Assembly (NCBI GenBank): GCA_021299465.1
Contig: JAJTHB010000005.1
Location: 8,456 to 72,455, forward strand
Source of the DNA: Rickettsiales bacterium
GTDB taxonomy: Bacteria > Pseudomonadota > Alphaproteobacteria > Rickettsiales > SXRF01
Direction: 5' to 3'
DNA: 64,000 nucleotides
The notes below the pieces were generated by a model that saw only the letters and a program-made list of their open reading frames with translations, did not search any database and was not told the origin of the DNA. A program made the position numbers and the translations under genes. Position 1 is the stretch's first letter. Each line of letters starts with the position of its first letter. Positions 1 through 9,874 of this stretch are shown here, piece after piece.

Positions 1-261
1 ATGCGTGGCGCGTTATCAATGGCCAGGGCAGCTGATATCAATAGCGCCGACAGCCAGTTCTTCATCGTGCTTGCCGCATCAACCTATCTTGATGGCCAAT
101 ATACCTACTGGGGCAAGGTGACGAGCGGCATGGAATTCGTCGATATGATCAAAAAAGGCGACAAGAGCGATAACGGTAAAGTGACTGATCCCGACAAAAT
201 CATCAAAATGCAAGTCGCGGCGGATGTGAAGGAAGCCCCTAAAGCTGCTGAAAACAAGTAA
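1..261 (+). CDS. Cyclophilin-type peptidyl-prolyl cis-trans isomerase (3' part; 5' end lies left of the window)
   Basis: Frame is open from base 1. Cyclophilin core is visible (SMARA..NSADSQFFIV, LDGQYTYWGKV, GMEFVD). TAA at 259-261. Confidence 0.85.
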   Translation: MRGALSMARAADINSADSQFFIVLAASTYLDGQYTYWGKVTSGMEFVDMIKKGDKSDNGKVTDPDKIIKMQVAADVKEAPKAAENK

Positions 262-1284
262 TTGAAAACCGCACTCTTTGATTTTGAGCTTCCCGAATCG
301 TTGATAGCAACGCACCCTGCAGAGCCGCGCGATAGTGCGCGTATGCTGGTTGCTGCTGATGAGTTCCAGGATCTGGTGGTTTACGATTTACCAAATTTTC
401 TACGCGCAGGCGATGTGATGGTGTTTAACGACACTAAGGTAATTCCTGCGCGGCTGTTTGCAAAGCGCGGTATGGCGCAGGTCGAGCTGCTGCTTCACAA
501 GCAGCTGGCAGCTGCCGGTCAGGGCGTGTGGCAATGCTTCGCCAAACCGGCGAAAAAGCTAAAAGAAGGCGATGAGCTGTTGATCGCGCCGGATTTCATG
601 GTGAAGGTTGTTGAAAAACGGTCTGATGGTCAGGTGGTCATCGCGCTGGGTGAAAATTGGCGCGAGAAGCTTTTGCGTTATGGCCACATGCCGCTGCCGC
701 CTTACATTGAGCGAGGTGATAACGTCGCGGATAAGCAAAACTACCAGACGGTTTATGCGAGGCATGAGGGCTCGGTGGCAGCGCCGACAGCGGGGCTTCA
801 TTTTACTGATCGCCTGCTTGCGGCGATTGATGCGCTGGGCGTCAGGCGTGTGCATATCACGCTGCATGTTGGCGGCGGTACATTCCTGCCTGTCAAGGTA
901 GAGGATACCAGTGAGCATATCATGCACAGTGAGTGGGCGCAGGTAAGCCAGCAGGCAGCCGATACCATCAATGCTGCGCGAAATAGTGGTGGGCGGGTGA
1001 TTGCGGTGGGGACTACTTCGCTACGAACATTGGAATCGGCCGCGGCTGAAGATGGCACAATCAGGCCGTTTGAGGCGGAAACGGATATTTTCATCACGCC
1101 TGGCTATCGTTTTAAGATCGTTGATCTGCTCATGACCAATTTTCACCTGCCGAAATCGACCTTGTTTATGCTGATATCGGCCTTTTCAGGCCGCGAGCGC
1201 ATGCTGGAGGCTTACCGGCATGCCATTGAAAAAAACTATCGTTTCTATTCCTACGGCGATGCGTGCCTGCTCTATCGTCGTTAA
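262..1284 (+). CDS. queA: S-adenosylmethionine:tRNA ribosyltransferase-isomerase
   Basis: 340 aa with a TTG start directly after the upstream stop. QueA blocks present: FDFELPESLIA, GHMPLPPYI, AAPTAGLHFT, GGGTFLPV, AVGTTSLRTLES, NFHLPKSTL. Confidence 0.95.
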   Translation: MKTALFDFELPESLIATHPAEPRDSARMLVAADEFQDLVVYDLPNFLRAGDVMVFNDTKVIPARLFAKRGMAQVELLLHKQLAAAGQGVWQCFAKPAKKLKEGDELLIAPDFMVKVVEKRSDGQVVIALGENWREKLLRYGHMPLPPYIERGDNVADKQNYQTVYARHEGSVAAPTAGLHFTDRLLAAIDALGVRRVHITLHVGGGTFLPVKVEDTSEHIMHSEWAQVSQQAADTINAARNSGGRVIAVGTTSLRTLESAAAEDGTIRPFEAETDIFITPGYRFKIVDLLMTNFHLPKSTLFMLISAFSGRERMLEAYRHAIEKNYRFYSYGDACLLYRR

Positions 1285-1383
1285 CTACTGTGACAGTTTG
1301 ATGAAGATTGGGTTGGTTTTACTTGGTTTTGTTTGAGCGCAGCCTAAAACTGGCATAAAATCCTACTCAAAAGGGAGGGTATT

Positions 1384-1623
1384 ATGACTGAATCAACCAA
1401 TAACGAAAAAAGCTGCGCTACAGGTGGTTTCAACTACTGCTTCTGGGCAAAATTCATCGTCGGCGTGCCGGTGGTGTTTATTGTTTCTTATGTTGCTGCA
1501 TCGCTGGCAGAAGGCGCGGTATTTCAGGTTTTATTTGGATCGGCAGCTGGTATCGTTACGGTGTGGCTGGCCATGAAAATCGATAAAATTCCGGCGCTGC
1601 AAAAGAAGGTCGTAAACAAGTAG
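1384..1623 (+). CDS. Small hypothetical membrane protein (79 aa)
   Basis: ATG is preceded by GGGAGGG at 1373-1379. Two hydrophobic stretches (FIVGVPVVFIVSYVAASLA, AAGIVTVWLAM). No family recognised. Confidence 0.55.
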   Translation: MTESTNNEKSCATGGFNYCFWAKFIVGVPVVFIVSYVAASLAEGAVFQVLFGSAAGIVTVWLAMKIDKIPALQKKVVNK

Positions 1624-1875
1624 CTAGCGCCTTTTATCTTGGCGGACATATCTTTTTACCAGCAGCTCTTCAACTTCTGGACTAATTGAGATGACGGGTA
1701 TGCCGCCGCTTTGTGGTGTGCGTAGCCCGACCATGGTTTTATTGACCAATTCGATAGCGCTGTTTAAGGGCATCCCTGTCGAGCTTGCTAATTGGTTTGG
1801 TAGTTGCTCAGCTTTATCGGAGAATCGTTGTTTCCATGCCCTCTCATCGCCATGACCATGCCTTTCGCTCATCAT
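1624..1875 (-). CDS. Hypothetical protein, 83 aa, short paralogue of the upstream 166-aa protein
   Basis: Begins MMSERHGHGDERAWKQR and shares the LV.K...G and ISPE blocks with ORF 1888-2388. Lies 12 nt downstream of it on the same strand. Basic tail KRYVRQDKRR. Confidence 0.5.
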   Translation of the reverse strand: MMSERHGHGDERAWKQRFSDKAEQLPNQLASSTGMPLNSAIELVNKTMVGLRTPQSGGIPVISISPEVEELLVKRYVRQDKRR

Positions 1876-1887
1876 GGCTGGGGTGAG

Positions 1888-2388
1888 TCAGTTGGCAGGT
1901 AAGGCTAAAGCTATATCTTCAAGCACTAAACGCTGGGCATCTGGTCCTGCAGCGAGCGATGTAGGTCCACGGCTTGGTTTTCGATCACCAATAACATTAT
2001 GGTGGATGAGTTGTTTTGCTTCATGGTGATCGACATCTAGGCTCACCTGAGTATCGCCAATCAGTTTATTTTCAAGCTCTCTAAAATGTTTGCTGAGCAA
2101 CCCATCGGAGATGCCTAATTCATTATGCATGCTGTTGGCTGTTCTCCAATGATCCTCAAGCTTTGGAGGCAGCATGGAAAGTAGCATCTGCTGAGCCTCA
2201 GGGCTTATAGCAAAAGCGTCTTTGTTTTTATTCCTGTGCATGCCAGCATAGTCTTTTTCTACTAGCTTTGTTGCTTCAGCGATGCTGATATCTTTTTCAA
2301 GAGCGAATTCATTGGCGAGATATTTAGCAAAGGTACGCATGCGCTCGTTCCATACCTGATCATGGCCGCCATGCTCTGCCTTCATCAT
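1888..2388 (-). CDS. Hypothetical protein, 166 aa
   Basis: Begins MMKAEHGGHDQVWNERMR. The N-terminal ~70 aa resemble ORF 1624-1875. No family recognised. Confidence 0.55.
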   Translation of the reverse strand: MMKAEHGGHDQVWNERMRTFAKYLANEFALEKDISIAEATKLVEKDYAGMHRNKNKDAFAISPEAQQMLLSMLPPKLEDHWRTANSMHNELGISDGLLSKHFRELENKLIGDTQVSLDVDHHEAKQLIHHNVIGDRKPSRGPTSLAAGPDAQRLVLEDIALALPAN

Positions 2389-2497
2389 ATTGGCTGTTTT
2401 CTAGCCGCGTGGAAGTGGTGGGTAATCCTGTTGCATAACCCTATTGTACTAGATGCTGCGCCTCAGTATACACAAGGAATATGAAAGATTTTTGACA

Positions 2498-3616
2498 ATG
2501 GTGCTTGGGTATAAAATAAATAAAAAACATGGGCTTGCAAGACAGGGTGTGCTTGTTACGGCGCATGGCGAGATCCGTACGCCCGCTTTTATGCCGGTGG
2601 GTACGGCGGCCACCGTGAAGGCGATGCTGCCGGAATCGGTGAAAGAGACCGGTGCGGATATCATCCTCGGCAATACGTATCACCTGATGCTTCGCCCTAG
2701 TGCTGAGCGTATTGCTAAACTTGGCGGGCTGCACCGCTTTATGAACTGGGACAAACCGATTCTTACTGATTCTGGCGGGTTTCAGGTGATGTCGCTGGCG
2801 AAACTCAGGAAAATCAATGAGCAAGGGGTGGTGTTTCAGTCGCATCTCGACGGCACGACCTATGAGCTGACGCCGGAGCGTTCCATCGAAATACAGCATC
2901 TTCTTGGCAGCGATATCACCATGGCGTTTGATGAATGCACGCCTTATCCAGCAACGCATGAACAGGCGAAAATCTCGATGGAGCTTTCGATGCGCTGGGC
3001 GAAGCGCTCAAAGGATGCGTTTATTCAGCGCGAAGGCTATGGTTTGTTTGGGATTGTTCAGGGTGGGGTTTATCCTGATTTGCGCGAGGCATCAGCGGAT
3101 GCGCTCAAATCCATCGGCTTTGACGGCTATGCGATTGGCGGGCTTGCCGTGGGCGAGGGGCAGGAGGTGATGTTTCGTGTGCTGGGTAGCACGATGCCTC
3201 ATATGCCGGAAGATCAGCCGCGCTACCTGATGGGGGTGGGTAAGCCTGATGATATTATAGGCGCGGTGATGCGCGGGGTGGATATGTTTGACTGCGTGAT
3301 TCCCACGCGCTCCGGCCGCAACGCCCGCGCCTATACTGATACCGGCGAACATAATATCAAGAATGCCAAGTTCGCGGATGATTCCCGCCCGCTGATGGAA
3401 GGCTGCCCATGCCCATGCTGCAAAAGCTATAGCCGCGCTTACCTTCATCATCTTTTCAAAGCCGATGAAATGCTTGGGCCGATGCTGCTCACTTGGCACA
3501 ACCTAACCTTTTACCAAACGCTGATGCAGGGGCTCAGGGATGCGATCTCAGCGGGAAATCTCATAGATTTTTCTGATCAATTTCTAGCACGCTACAGGCA
3601 AAACGATGATGCGTAA
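2498..3616 (+). CDS. tgt: Queuine tRNA-ribosyltransferase
   Basis: Blocks [34 protein letters not shown], and the zinc site CPCPCC..H. Start moved to the ATG at 2498 (MVLGYK...) inside the longer ORF 2453-3616. Confidence 0.95.
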   Translation: MVLGYKINKKHGLARQGVLVTAHGEIRTPAFMPVGTAATVKAMLPESVKETGADIILGNTYHLMLRPSAERIAKLGGLHRFMNWDKPILTDSGGFQVMSLAKLRKINEQGVVFQSHLDGTTYELTPERSIEIQHLLGSDITMAFDECTPYPATHEQAKISMELSMRWAKRSKDAFIQREGYGLFGIVQGGVYPDLREASADALKSIGFDGYAIGGLAVGEGQEVMFRVLGSTMPHMPEDQPRYLMGVGKPDDIIGAVMRGVDMFDCVIPTRSGRNARAYTDTGEHNIKNAKFADDSRPLMEGCPCPCCKSYSRAYLHHLFKADEMLGPMLLTWHNLTFYQTLMQGLRDAISAGNLIDFSDQFLARYRQNDDA

Positions 3617-4574
3617 GCTTGGGATGTTTCTATTAGTTGCTGTGCTGATTGCAGCCGCTCTGGTGATGCTGCTGCCTATCAATAAAATCGCTGAAACCCA
3701 AATCAAACAGATGATGGCAGAAAATGGCCTGCCGCCTATTCAATTTGCTTTGGAAACGATGTCGTATGAGCATGCTGTATTTCGTGAAATTAGCCTTGAT
3801 GACCACAAGCTATCGATCGAAAAACTGGTGGTTTATTATTCTCAAAATCAAGGCGATTTTAATGGCAGGTGGGAGATGGAAGCTATTACGCCGCCGCCGA
3901 GCATTCTTGCCATACCGATGCTGCAAGGCAAGGGAAGCTGGCGATATGAACAAGGTATATTCGCGCTTGATGGAACGATAAGCAGCAAAGATAACCAGTA
4001 CCGGTTGGAGCTGGATCTAAAAGATAAGTTACTGGTTGTACGCAATATCGGCTTGCCGTGGGAAGGCGGGCATTTGAGTAGCGAGCTGGCGCAGGTGAAC
4101 TTGAGTGAAAAAGCGCCTATAAAATTTACACTGCATGTCGAGCAGGTTCCGCTGGTTCGTTTGCTTGAATTGCTGGCGCCAGGCAAGGCGCTGGCGACGG
4201 GAAACGTATCCGGTCAGTTGCCTGTCCTGATTGATGGAAAGCGCTTTGAGGTTGCATCCGGAAAATTGCAGACGACAGGAAAGGGTGTGGTGCGGCTAGC
4301 GCCTGACGTGATTCCGGCGACGAATGAGCAAATGGCCATGCTGCGTGATGTGCTCTCGAATTTTCACTATCAGGAATTCGCGCTAACCCTTAATTCAGGC
4401 CAAGATGAACAATTATCCATGCTCTTGCAACTTCGCGGTAATAATCCTGAGCTGTATAATGGTCGCGAGGTGAAAATGAACGTGAATTTATCGGGCGATG
4501 TGTTACAACTGCTTCAGCACAGCGTATTGCCAACGGTTAGCCCCGAACAATTTCTAAAACAGGATCAACCATGA
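3606..4574 (+). CDS. YdbH-like (AsmA-like superfamily) protein, short 322-aa form
   Basis: N-terminal TM anchor. Sits immediately upstream of clear ynbE and ydbL homologues, as in the E. coli ydbH-ynbE-ydbL operon. Start overlaps the tgt stop. Confidence 0.6.
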   Translation: MMRKLGMFLLVAVLIAAALVMLLPINKIAETQIKQMMAENGLPPIQFALETMSYEHAVFREISLDDHKLSIEKLVVYYSQNQGDFNGRWEMEAITPPPSILAIPMLQGKGSWRYEQGIFALDGTISSKDNQYRLELDLKDKLLVVRNIGLPWEGGHLSSELAQVNLSEKAPIKFTLHVEQVPLVRLLELLAPGKALATGNVSGQLPVLIDGKRFEVASGKLQTTGKGVVRLAPDVIPATNEQMAMLRDVLSNFHYQEFALTLNSGQDEQLSMLLQLRGNNPELYNGREVKMNVNLSGDVLQLLQHSVLPTVSPEQFLKQDQP

Positions 4575-4756
4575 GAAAAACTTTCTTCCTACTCTCACTT
4601 GCCTCTTTGCTGGCAGCCTGCACGCCGACAGTCAAAGTTGAAGCGCCGGATAAGCCGATTGAGATCAACATGAACATCAAAATCGAGCATAAGGTGAAGG
4701 TTGAGATCGAAAAAGATGTGAAACAGGCTATCGCCAAGAACAAAGATATTTTCTAG
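4571..4756 (+). CDS. ynbE: YnbE family lipoprotein
   Basis: 61 aa with lipobox LLAAC. The pattern CTP.VKVEAP.KPIEINMNIKIEH...KDV...DIF matches my recollection of E. coli YnbE almost block for block. ATGA overlap with the upstream gene. Confidence 0.85.
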   Translation: MRKTFFLLSLASLLAACTPTVKVEAPDKPIEINMNIKIEHKVKVEIEKDVKQAIAKNKDIF

Positions 4757-4765
4757 GAGCATGAT

Positions 4766-5083
4766 ATGAAAAAGATTCTGATCGCCGTTTTTTCTCTTAT
4801 GATGGCATTTCCAGCTTATGCATTGGATTTAGCAGCCGCCCGCAGCCAGCAAATGGTAGGCGAAGGCAGCAGTGGCTACATTGTGCCGCTGGCTAAATCG
4901 AAGGAAGTTGTGGAGCTTGCGACCGATATCAATGCCAAGCGCAAAATGGAATACCTCCGGATTTCCAAGGAAAACGGCCAGCCGGTGGATGTGGTAGCGA
5001 AGCTCGCTGCCCAGCAGATTATTCAGGGTTTGCCCAAAGGTGCGCAGTATCAGGGCGCGGACGGTAGCTGGAAGACTAAATAA
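4766..5083 (+). CDS. ydbL: YdbL family (DUF1318) periplasmic protein
   Basis: 105 aa with a signal peptide. Blocks VGEGSSGYIV and DINAKRKMEY are typical of YdbL. Third gene of the ydbH-ynbE-ydbL arrangement. Confidence 0.8.
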   Translation: MKKILIAVFSLMMAFPAYALDLAAARSQQMVGEGSSGYIVPLAKSKEVVELATDINAKRKMEYLRISKENGQPVDVVAKLAAQQIIQGLPKGAQYQGADGSWKTK

Positions 5084-5097
5084 TTTCCGCTAGACGG

Positions 5098-5125
5098 TTG
5101 ACAAAACAACTTTAATCCCTATTGT
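5098..5125 (+). promoter_or_regulatory. Candidate sigma70-type promoter for tRNA-Lys
   Basis: TTGACA (5098-5103), 16 nt spacer, TATTGT (5120-5125), about 23 nt before the tRNA 5' end. Confidence 0.4.
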
Positions 5126-5148
5126 CCCAATCTCTTTTACGCATAGAT

Positions 5149-5224
5149 GATCCGGTAGCTCAGTCGGTAGAGCACCTGACTTTTAATCAGGTTGTCGCGG
5201 GTTCGATTCCCGCCCGGATCACCA
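5149..5224 (+). tRNA. tRNA-Lys (anticodon UUU)
   Basis: Hand-folded cloverleaf. Acceptor GATCCGG/CCGGATC, anticodon stem CCTGA/TCAGG with loop CTTTTAA, T arm GCGGG-TTCGATT-CCCGC, encoded CCA. Confidence 0.95.
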
Positions 5225-5296
5225 TTCACCATTACATTCATGCGCTTACCGCTTTGTCTTGACTTTGCTAATGCGAAGCGTATAAGCGCTCCGATC

Positions 5297-5386
5297 ATGA
5301 GCCTCACCTATTTACTAATTGCATTTGGGTTGTTTGCCAGCGCAGCGTTGATGCTTTTTTTCGCCGATAAACTAAAGGGTGAATAA
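5297..5386 (+). CDS. Possible 29-aa hydrophobic micro-peptide preceding kdpF
   Basis: MSLTYLLIAFGLFASAALMLFFADKLKGE. Its stop (5384-5386) lies 2 nt before the kdpF ATG, and its last codons contain the kdpF Shine-Dalgarno. No convincing RBS of its own. Confidence 0.25.
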   Translation: MSLTYLLIAFGLFASAALMLFFADKLKGE

Positions 5387-5388
5387 TC

Positions 5389-5472
5389 ATGATGATCCTT
5401 GTGGCCATCGTAGCTTTTCTTTTGTTTATTTATTTGCTGGTTGCGCTCTTAAAGCCGGAGCTCTTCCCTTAA
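5389..5472 (+). CDS. kdpF: K+-transporting ATPase subunit F
   Basis: 27-aa ORF absent from the ORF track: MMILVAIVAFLLFIYLLVALLKPELFP. It has the KdpF-typical YL..ALL.PE.F ending. AGGGTG lies upstream. Ends 1 nt before kdpA. Confidence 0.8.
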   Translation: MMILVAIVAFLLFIYLLVALLKPELFP

Positions 5473-5473
5473 T

Positions 5474-7177
5474 ATGATTTACGCCTTTTTTTACATCGCC
5501 TTTTGCCTTCTGGTGATTGCCATTTGCATCAAACCACTTGGTTGGTACATGGCGCGGGTTTACATGCGGCGTGACCTTATATTAGAACTGCCGCTTGGTT
5601 GGATCGAACGCGGCATATACCGCCTATGCGGTATTCGTCCTGATGATGAGATGGATTGGAAGCGTTATGCGATCTCGATTGTAACATTAGGATTGGTTGG
5701 CTTCATCCTTCTTTATATTTTGCTCTTAGGCCAGCATCTACTGCCGCTTAATCCGCAAAACATGCCGGCACTTTCGCCGGATTTAGCATTCAATGTTGCG
5801 ATGAGCTTCATCACCAATACCAACTGGCAGAGCTATGGCGGAGAGACGACGCTGAGCTATTTCTCACAAATGGCTGGGCTTACTGTGCAGAATTTCCTTT
5901 CGGCAGCGACCGGTATGGCGGTGGCGGTGGCGCTGTGCCGTGGCATCGGCCGTAAGCGCAGCGATACGCTCGGCAATGCATGGGTGGACGTGGTGCGCAG
6001 CATACTTTATATACTGTTGCCTTTATCAATAATATTTGCGCTTCTGCTTTCTTCGCAGGGGGTCATTCAGAATTTTACCGCTTATACCCCCTATACTTCG
6101 CTTGAGGGGCAGGAAGGGGTGATCGCGCAGGGTCCAGTCGCATCACAAATCGCCATCAAAATGCTCGGCAGCAATGGCGGCGGGTTTTTCAACGTCAACG
6201 CCGCCCATCCTTTCGAAAATCCAAATGCTTTCACTAACCTCATCCAGATTCTTTCGATTCTGCTTATTCCAGCATCCTTCACCTATTTATTCGGGGTGAT
6301 GGTGGGGGATCGCAGGCAGGGCTGGGTACTGTTTTCGGCGATGACGATCATCTTTGTCCCGCTAGCCTTACTCACCGCGTATGGCGAACAATTACCCAAT
6401 CCTAAAATTGATACGGCGATGGTCGATGTGTCGCAGGGCAATATGGAAGGCAAAGAAATGCGCTTTGGCACGGCCAGCTCGGCGATGTGGGCGGTATCGA
6501 CCACCGCGACCTCCAATGGCTCGGTCAATTCCATGCATGGTTCATATGCGCCGCTTTCGGGACTGATTCCGCTGCTCTTCATCCAGTTCGGTGAGGTGGT
6601 ATATGGCGGTGTGGGTAGCGGTCTTTATGGTATGGCGGTGTATGTGCTGCTCACAGTCTTTATCGGCGGGCTGATGGTGGGGCGCACGCCGGAATATCTC
6701 GGCAAAAAAATCGGTGCGTTTGAAATCAAAATGGCATCGCTGGTGGTGATTATTCCAGCCTCAATGGTTTTGGTGGGTACGGCGATCGCCATTTCCACTG
6801 AAGCGGGCAGGGCGGGCATTTTAAACCCGGGCGCGCAGGGCTTTTCCGAAGTCCTGTATGCGCTCTCCTCCGCCAGTAATAATAACGGCAGCGCGTTTGC
6901 CGGCCTTAGCGCCAATTCGCCTTTTTATAATGTGCTGCTCGGCGTGGCGATGTTCGTTGGCCGCTACTGGGTCATTATCCCGATATTGGCGCTTGCGGGT
7001 GCGCTCGCCAGTAAATCCGCAACGCCTGCAAGCGCCGGTACATTGCCAACCACGACCTTGCTCTTCACCACCATGCTCGCCGGTGTTGTGGTGCTGCTTG
7101 ATGTGCTGACTTATGTTCCCTCCTGGGCACTGGGGCCACTTGCTGAACATGTGCTGCTTTACGGAGCTGCACCATGA
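5474..7177 (+). CDS. kdpA: K+-transporting ATPase subunit A
   Basis: 567 aa polytopic protein. KdpA blocks [28 protein letters not shown]. Confidence 0.95.
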   Translation: MIYAFFYIAFCLLVIAICIKPLGWYMARVYMRRDLILELPLGWIERGIYRLCGIRPDDEMDWKRYAISIVTLGLVGFILLYILLLGQHLLPLNPQNMPALSPDLAFNVAMSFITNTNWQSYGGETTLSYFSQMAGLTVQNFLSAATGMAVAVALCRGIGRKRSDTLGNAWVDVVRSILYILLPLSIIFALLLSSQGVIQNFTAYTPYTSLEGQEGVIAQGPVASQIAIKMLGSNGGGFFNVNAAHPFENPNAFTNLIQILSILLIPASFTYLFGVMVGDRRQGWVLFSAMTIIFVPLALLTAYGEQLPNPKIDTAMVDVSQGNMEGKEMRFGTASSAMWAVSTTATSNGSVNSMHGSYAPLSGLIPLLFIQFGEVVYGGVGSGLYGMAVYVLLTVFIGGLMVGRTPEYLGKKIGAFEIKMASLVVIIPASMVLVGTAIAISTEAGRAGILNPGAQGFSEVLYALSSASNNNGSAFAGLSANSPFYNVLLGVAMFVGRYWVIIPILALAGALASKSATPASAGTLPTTTLLFTTMLAGVVVLLDVLTYVPSWALGPLAEHVLLYGAAP

Positions 7178-9228
7178 AGACGGCATCTATGGATTTGCGC
7201 TCTGCGCTGATTGCGGCATTCACCAAGCTCTCGCCGCGTGTGCAGCTTCGTAATCCGGTCATGTTCGTGGTTTATGTGGCGGCGATTGTCACCACGGCGC
7301 TGTATGTTCAAAAGCTCGTGATGGGTGATAGCAGCCATGAGCCGGCGTGGTTTGTGCTGTGGGTGGCGTTCTGGTTATGGTTTACCGTGCTGTTTGCCAA
7401 TTTTGCAGAAAGCGTGGCTGAGGGGCGCGGTAAAGCGCAGGCTGAGTCGCTACGCGCGCTTCGAAAAGAAGTCAGTGCCAAGAAAATCAAATCTGCCGGA
7501 GGCCGCGATGATTATAAAATCGTCTCGGCTTCTTCTTTAGGCAAAGATGATCTTGTGGTCGTTGAGGCTGGAGATTTTGTACCTGGTGACGGGCAGGTGA
7601 TTGAGGGTATTGCCTCGGTCGATGAAAGTGCCATTACCGGCGAAAGCGCGCCGGTTATTCGCGAGTCAGGCGGGGATTGTGATGCAGTGACCGGCGGCAC
7701 GCGCGTGCTATCCGACTGGCTGGTGGTTCGCATTACCGCGAATGCTGGTGAGAGTTTTATTGATCGCATGGTGTCGCTGGTCGAAGGCGCAAAACGCCAG
7801 AAGACACCGAATGAAATCGCGCTGTCGATTTTGCTTTCAGCGCTGACGCTGATGTTTTTGCTCGCCATCATCACACTGCTGCCCTTTTCGATGTACAGCG
7901 TTGAGAAGGCCGGAGCAGGGGAGGTGGTGAGCCTTACCATCCTCATTGCGCTACTCGTTTGCCTTGCTCCGACCACCATCGGCGGGCTGCTTTCCGCGAT
8001 TGGTATTGCCGGCATGAATCGCCTGCTCGCAGCGAATGTCATCGCTTCTTCGGGGCGCGCGGTTGAAGCGGCAGGCGATGTGAATGTGTTGCTGCTGGAT
8101 AAGACCGGTACCATTACCCATGGCAATCGCCAAGCGGATGAGCTGATTCCGGCGGAAGGTGTTTCGGTCGTCACGCTGGCGGAAGCCGCGCAGCTTTCAT
8201 CGCTGGCTGATCAAACGCCGGAAGGCAAAAGCATCGTGACGCTCACCAAGAATAAATATAACGTCTCTGATTCAGAAGGTTTACCGCAAGGCGCGGAGCT
8301 GATCGAGTTTTCGGCAGAGACACGCACCAGCGGCCTGCGTATTGGTGGCCGTGAGGTGCTCAAAGGTGCCGCCGATGCCATTGAAGGCTACCTTGTCAAG
8401 AACGGTGGTAAACTCTCTGATTATGTCAAACGCCGCGTTGATGATGTCGGGCGTAGTGGCGGTACGCCGTTGGTGGTAGTGGATTGTGGTAAAGTGCTCG
8501 GTGTGGTGCATCTTAAGGACGTGGTGAAATCCGGTATCAAGGAACGCCTCGCTGATCTTCGCAAGATGGGTATCAAGAGCATCATGATCACCGGTGATAA
8601 CCCGCTGACCGCCGCAGCCATCGCAGCCGAAGCAGGCGTGGATGATTATCTCGCACAGGCAACGCCGGAAGCCAAGCTAAAGCTGATCCGTAAAATGCAG
8701 ACCGGCGGCGAGCTGGTGGCGATGGTTGGTGATGGCACCAATGATGCGCCGGCGCTTGCGCAATCGGATGTTGCGGTGGTGATGAACTCCGGCACGCAGG
8801 CGGCGAAAGAAGCCGGCAACATGATCGACCTTGATTCTGACCCTACCAAGCTGATCGAGATTGTCGAGATCGGCAAGCAGCTGCTCATGACGCGCGGCTC
8901 GCTTACCACCTTTTCCATTGCCAATGACCTTGCCAAATATTTCGCGATTATACCGGCGGCGTTTGCCAGCACCTATCCGGCCTTATCGTTTTTTAACATC
9001 ATGCAACTTACCTCGCCTGTATCAGCCATGCTCTCGGCGATTATTTTCAATGCGCTGATTATTATTGCGTTGATTCCACTGGCGCTAAAAGGCGTCGCGT
9101 ATCGCCCTATTGGCGCGGCAGCGCTGCTTCGCCATAACCTGCTTGTGTATGGTTTGGGCGGCCTGATTGTGCCGTTTGTCGGCATCAAGGCGATTGATAT
9201 GCTATTAACCGCGATGGGAGTAGCCTAA
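7174..9228 (+). CDS. kdpB: K+-transporting P-type ATPase subunit B
   Basis: 684 aa. P-type motifs [26 protein letters not shown] overlap with kdpA. Confidence 0.95.
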   Translation: MKTASMDLRSALIAAFTKLSPRVQLRNPVMFVVYVAAIVTTALYVQKLVMGDSSHEPAWFVLWVAFWLWFTVLFANFAESVAEGRGKAQAESLRALRKEVSAKKIKSAGGRDDYKIVSASSLGKDDLVVVEAGDFVPGDGQVIEGIASVDESAITGESAPVIRESGGDCDAVTGGTRVLSDWLVVRITANAGESFIDRMVSLVEGAKRQKTPNEIALSILLSALTLMFLLAIITLLPFSMYSVEKAGAGEVVSLTILIALLVCLAPTTIGGLLSAIGIAGMNRLLAANVIASSGRAVEAAGDVNVLLLDKTGTITHGNRQADELIPAEGVSVVTLAEAAQLSSLADQTPEGKSIVTLTKNKYNVSDSEGLPQGAELIEFSAETRTSGLRIGGREVLKGAADAIEGYLVKNGGKLSDYVKRRVDDVGRSGGTPLVVVDCGKVLGVVHLKDVVKSGIKERLADLRKMGIKSIMITGDNPLTAAAIAAEAGVDDYLAQATPEAKLKLIRKMQTGGELVAMVGDGTNDAPALAQSDVAVVMNSGTQAAKEAGNMIDLDSDPTKLIEIVEIGKQLLMTRGSLTTFSIANDLAKYFAIIPAAFASTYPALSFFNIMQLTSPVSAMLSAIIFNALIIIALIPLALKGVAYRPIGAAALLRHNLLVYGLGGLIVPFVGIKAIDMLLTAMGVA

Positions 9229-9857
9229 TGACATCATGGCTGCGCAGCCTTCGTCCGGCACTTGGTTTGGTGGTCATTTGCACCTTGCTGCTTGGGGTGG
9301 TTTATCCTCTTTTGATTACCGGTGCTTCGCAGCTTCTCTTTGCAAAGCGAGCGGATGGCTCGTTAATCAAGGTCGATGGCAAGGTGATTGGCTCAAAGCT
9401 TCTTGGCCAGCACTTCAGCCAGCCGCATTATTTCTGGGGCAGGCCATCTTCGACTACCCCTCCTTACAATGCCGCCGCTTCCAGCGGTTCAAATCTAGGT
9501 ATGGCGAATCCAGCGCTGCATGAGCAAATCGCTTCGCGCATCACGGAGCTTAAGCGACATGATCCTGCCAATAGCAAACCGATACCGGTTGATTTGATTG
9601 CAGCTTCGGCGAGCGGCCTTGATCCGCACATTAGCTTGGAGGCGGCGCTTTACCAGCTTCCACGCGTTGCAAAGCTTCGTGGCATGTCGCATGAGGAGCT
9701 AGGTGCGCTGATTGAACTCCATGAACGCCGCGGGTTTCAGGCGATGTTTGGCGCGCCCTATGTGCATGTGCTTGAGCTCAACCGCGAGCTCGATGCGGTT
9801 CGGCCGATGAGTGCGGTGTCACCCGCAACGAAAAAACAGGTGAAGTCCCCTCGCTGA
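9228..9857 (+). CDS. kdpC: K+-transporting ATPase subunit C
   Basis: 209 aa with a single N-terminal TM helix. Blocks GSNLG and ASGLDPHIS. Start overlaps the kdpB stop. Confidence 0.9.
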   Translation: MTSWLRSLRPALGLVVICTLLLGVVYPLLITGASQLLFAKRADGSLIKVDGKVIGSKLLGQHFSQPHYFWGRPSSTTPPYNAAASSGSNLGMANPALHEQIASRITELKRHDPANSKPIPVDLIAASASGLDPHISLEAALYQLPRVAKLRGMSHEELGALIELHERRGFQAMFGAPYVHVLELNRELDAVRPMSAVSPATKKQVKSPR

Positions 9858-9874
9858 TTGTCTAATCTCGCGCC

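Noticed and set aside
5192-5296. N-terminal part of track ORF 5192-5386.
   Set aside because: It starts inside tRNA-Lys. Only the distal 29 codons (5297-5386) are even conceivable, and those are reported at low confidence.
7512-8174. 220-aa antisense ORF inside kdpB. The same applies to other long antisense ORFs (2441-2959 in tgt, 10334-10870 in kdpD, 33170-33715 in exbD/tonB, 36355-36828 in rfbD, 38422-38751).
   Set aside because: All overlap strongly supported genes on the opposite strand and have Ser/Arg/Ala/Pro-rich shadow-frame composition. No independent evidence supports them.
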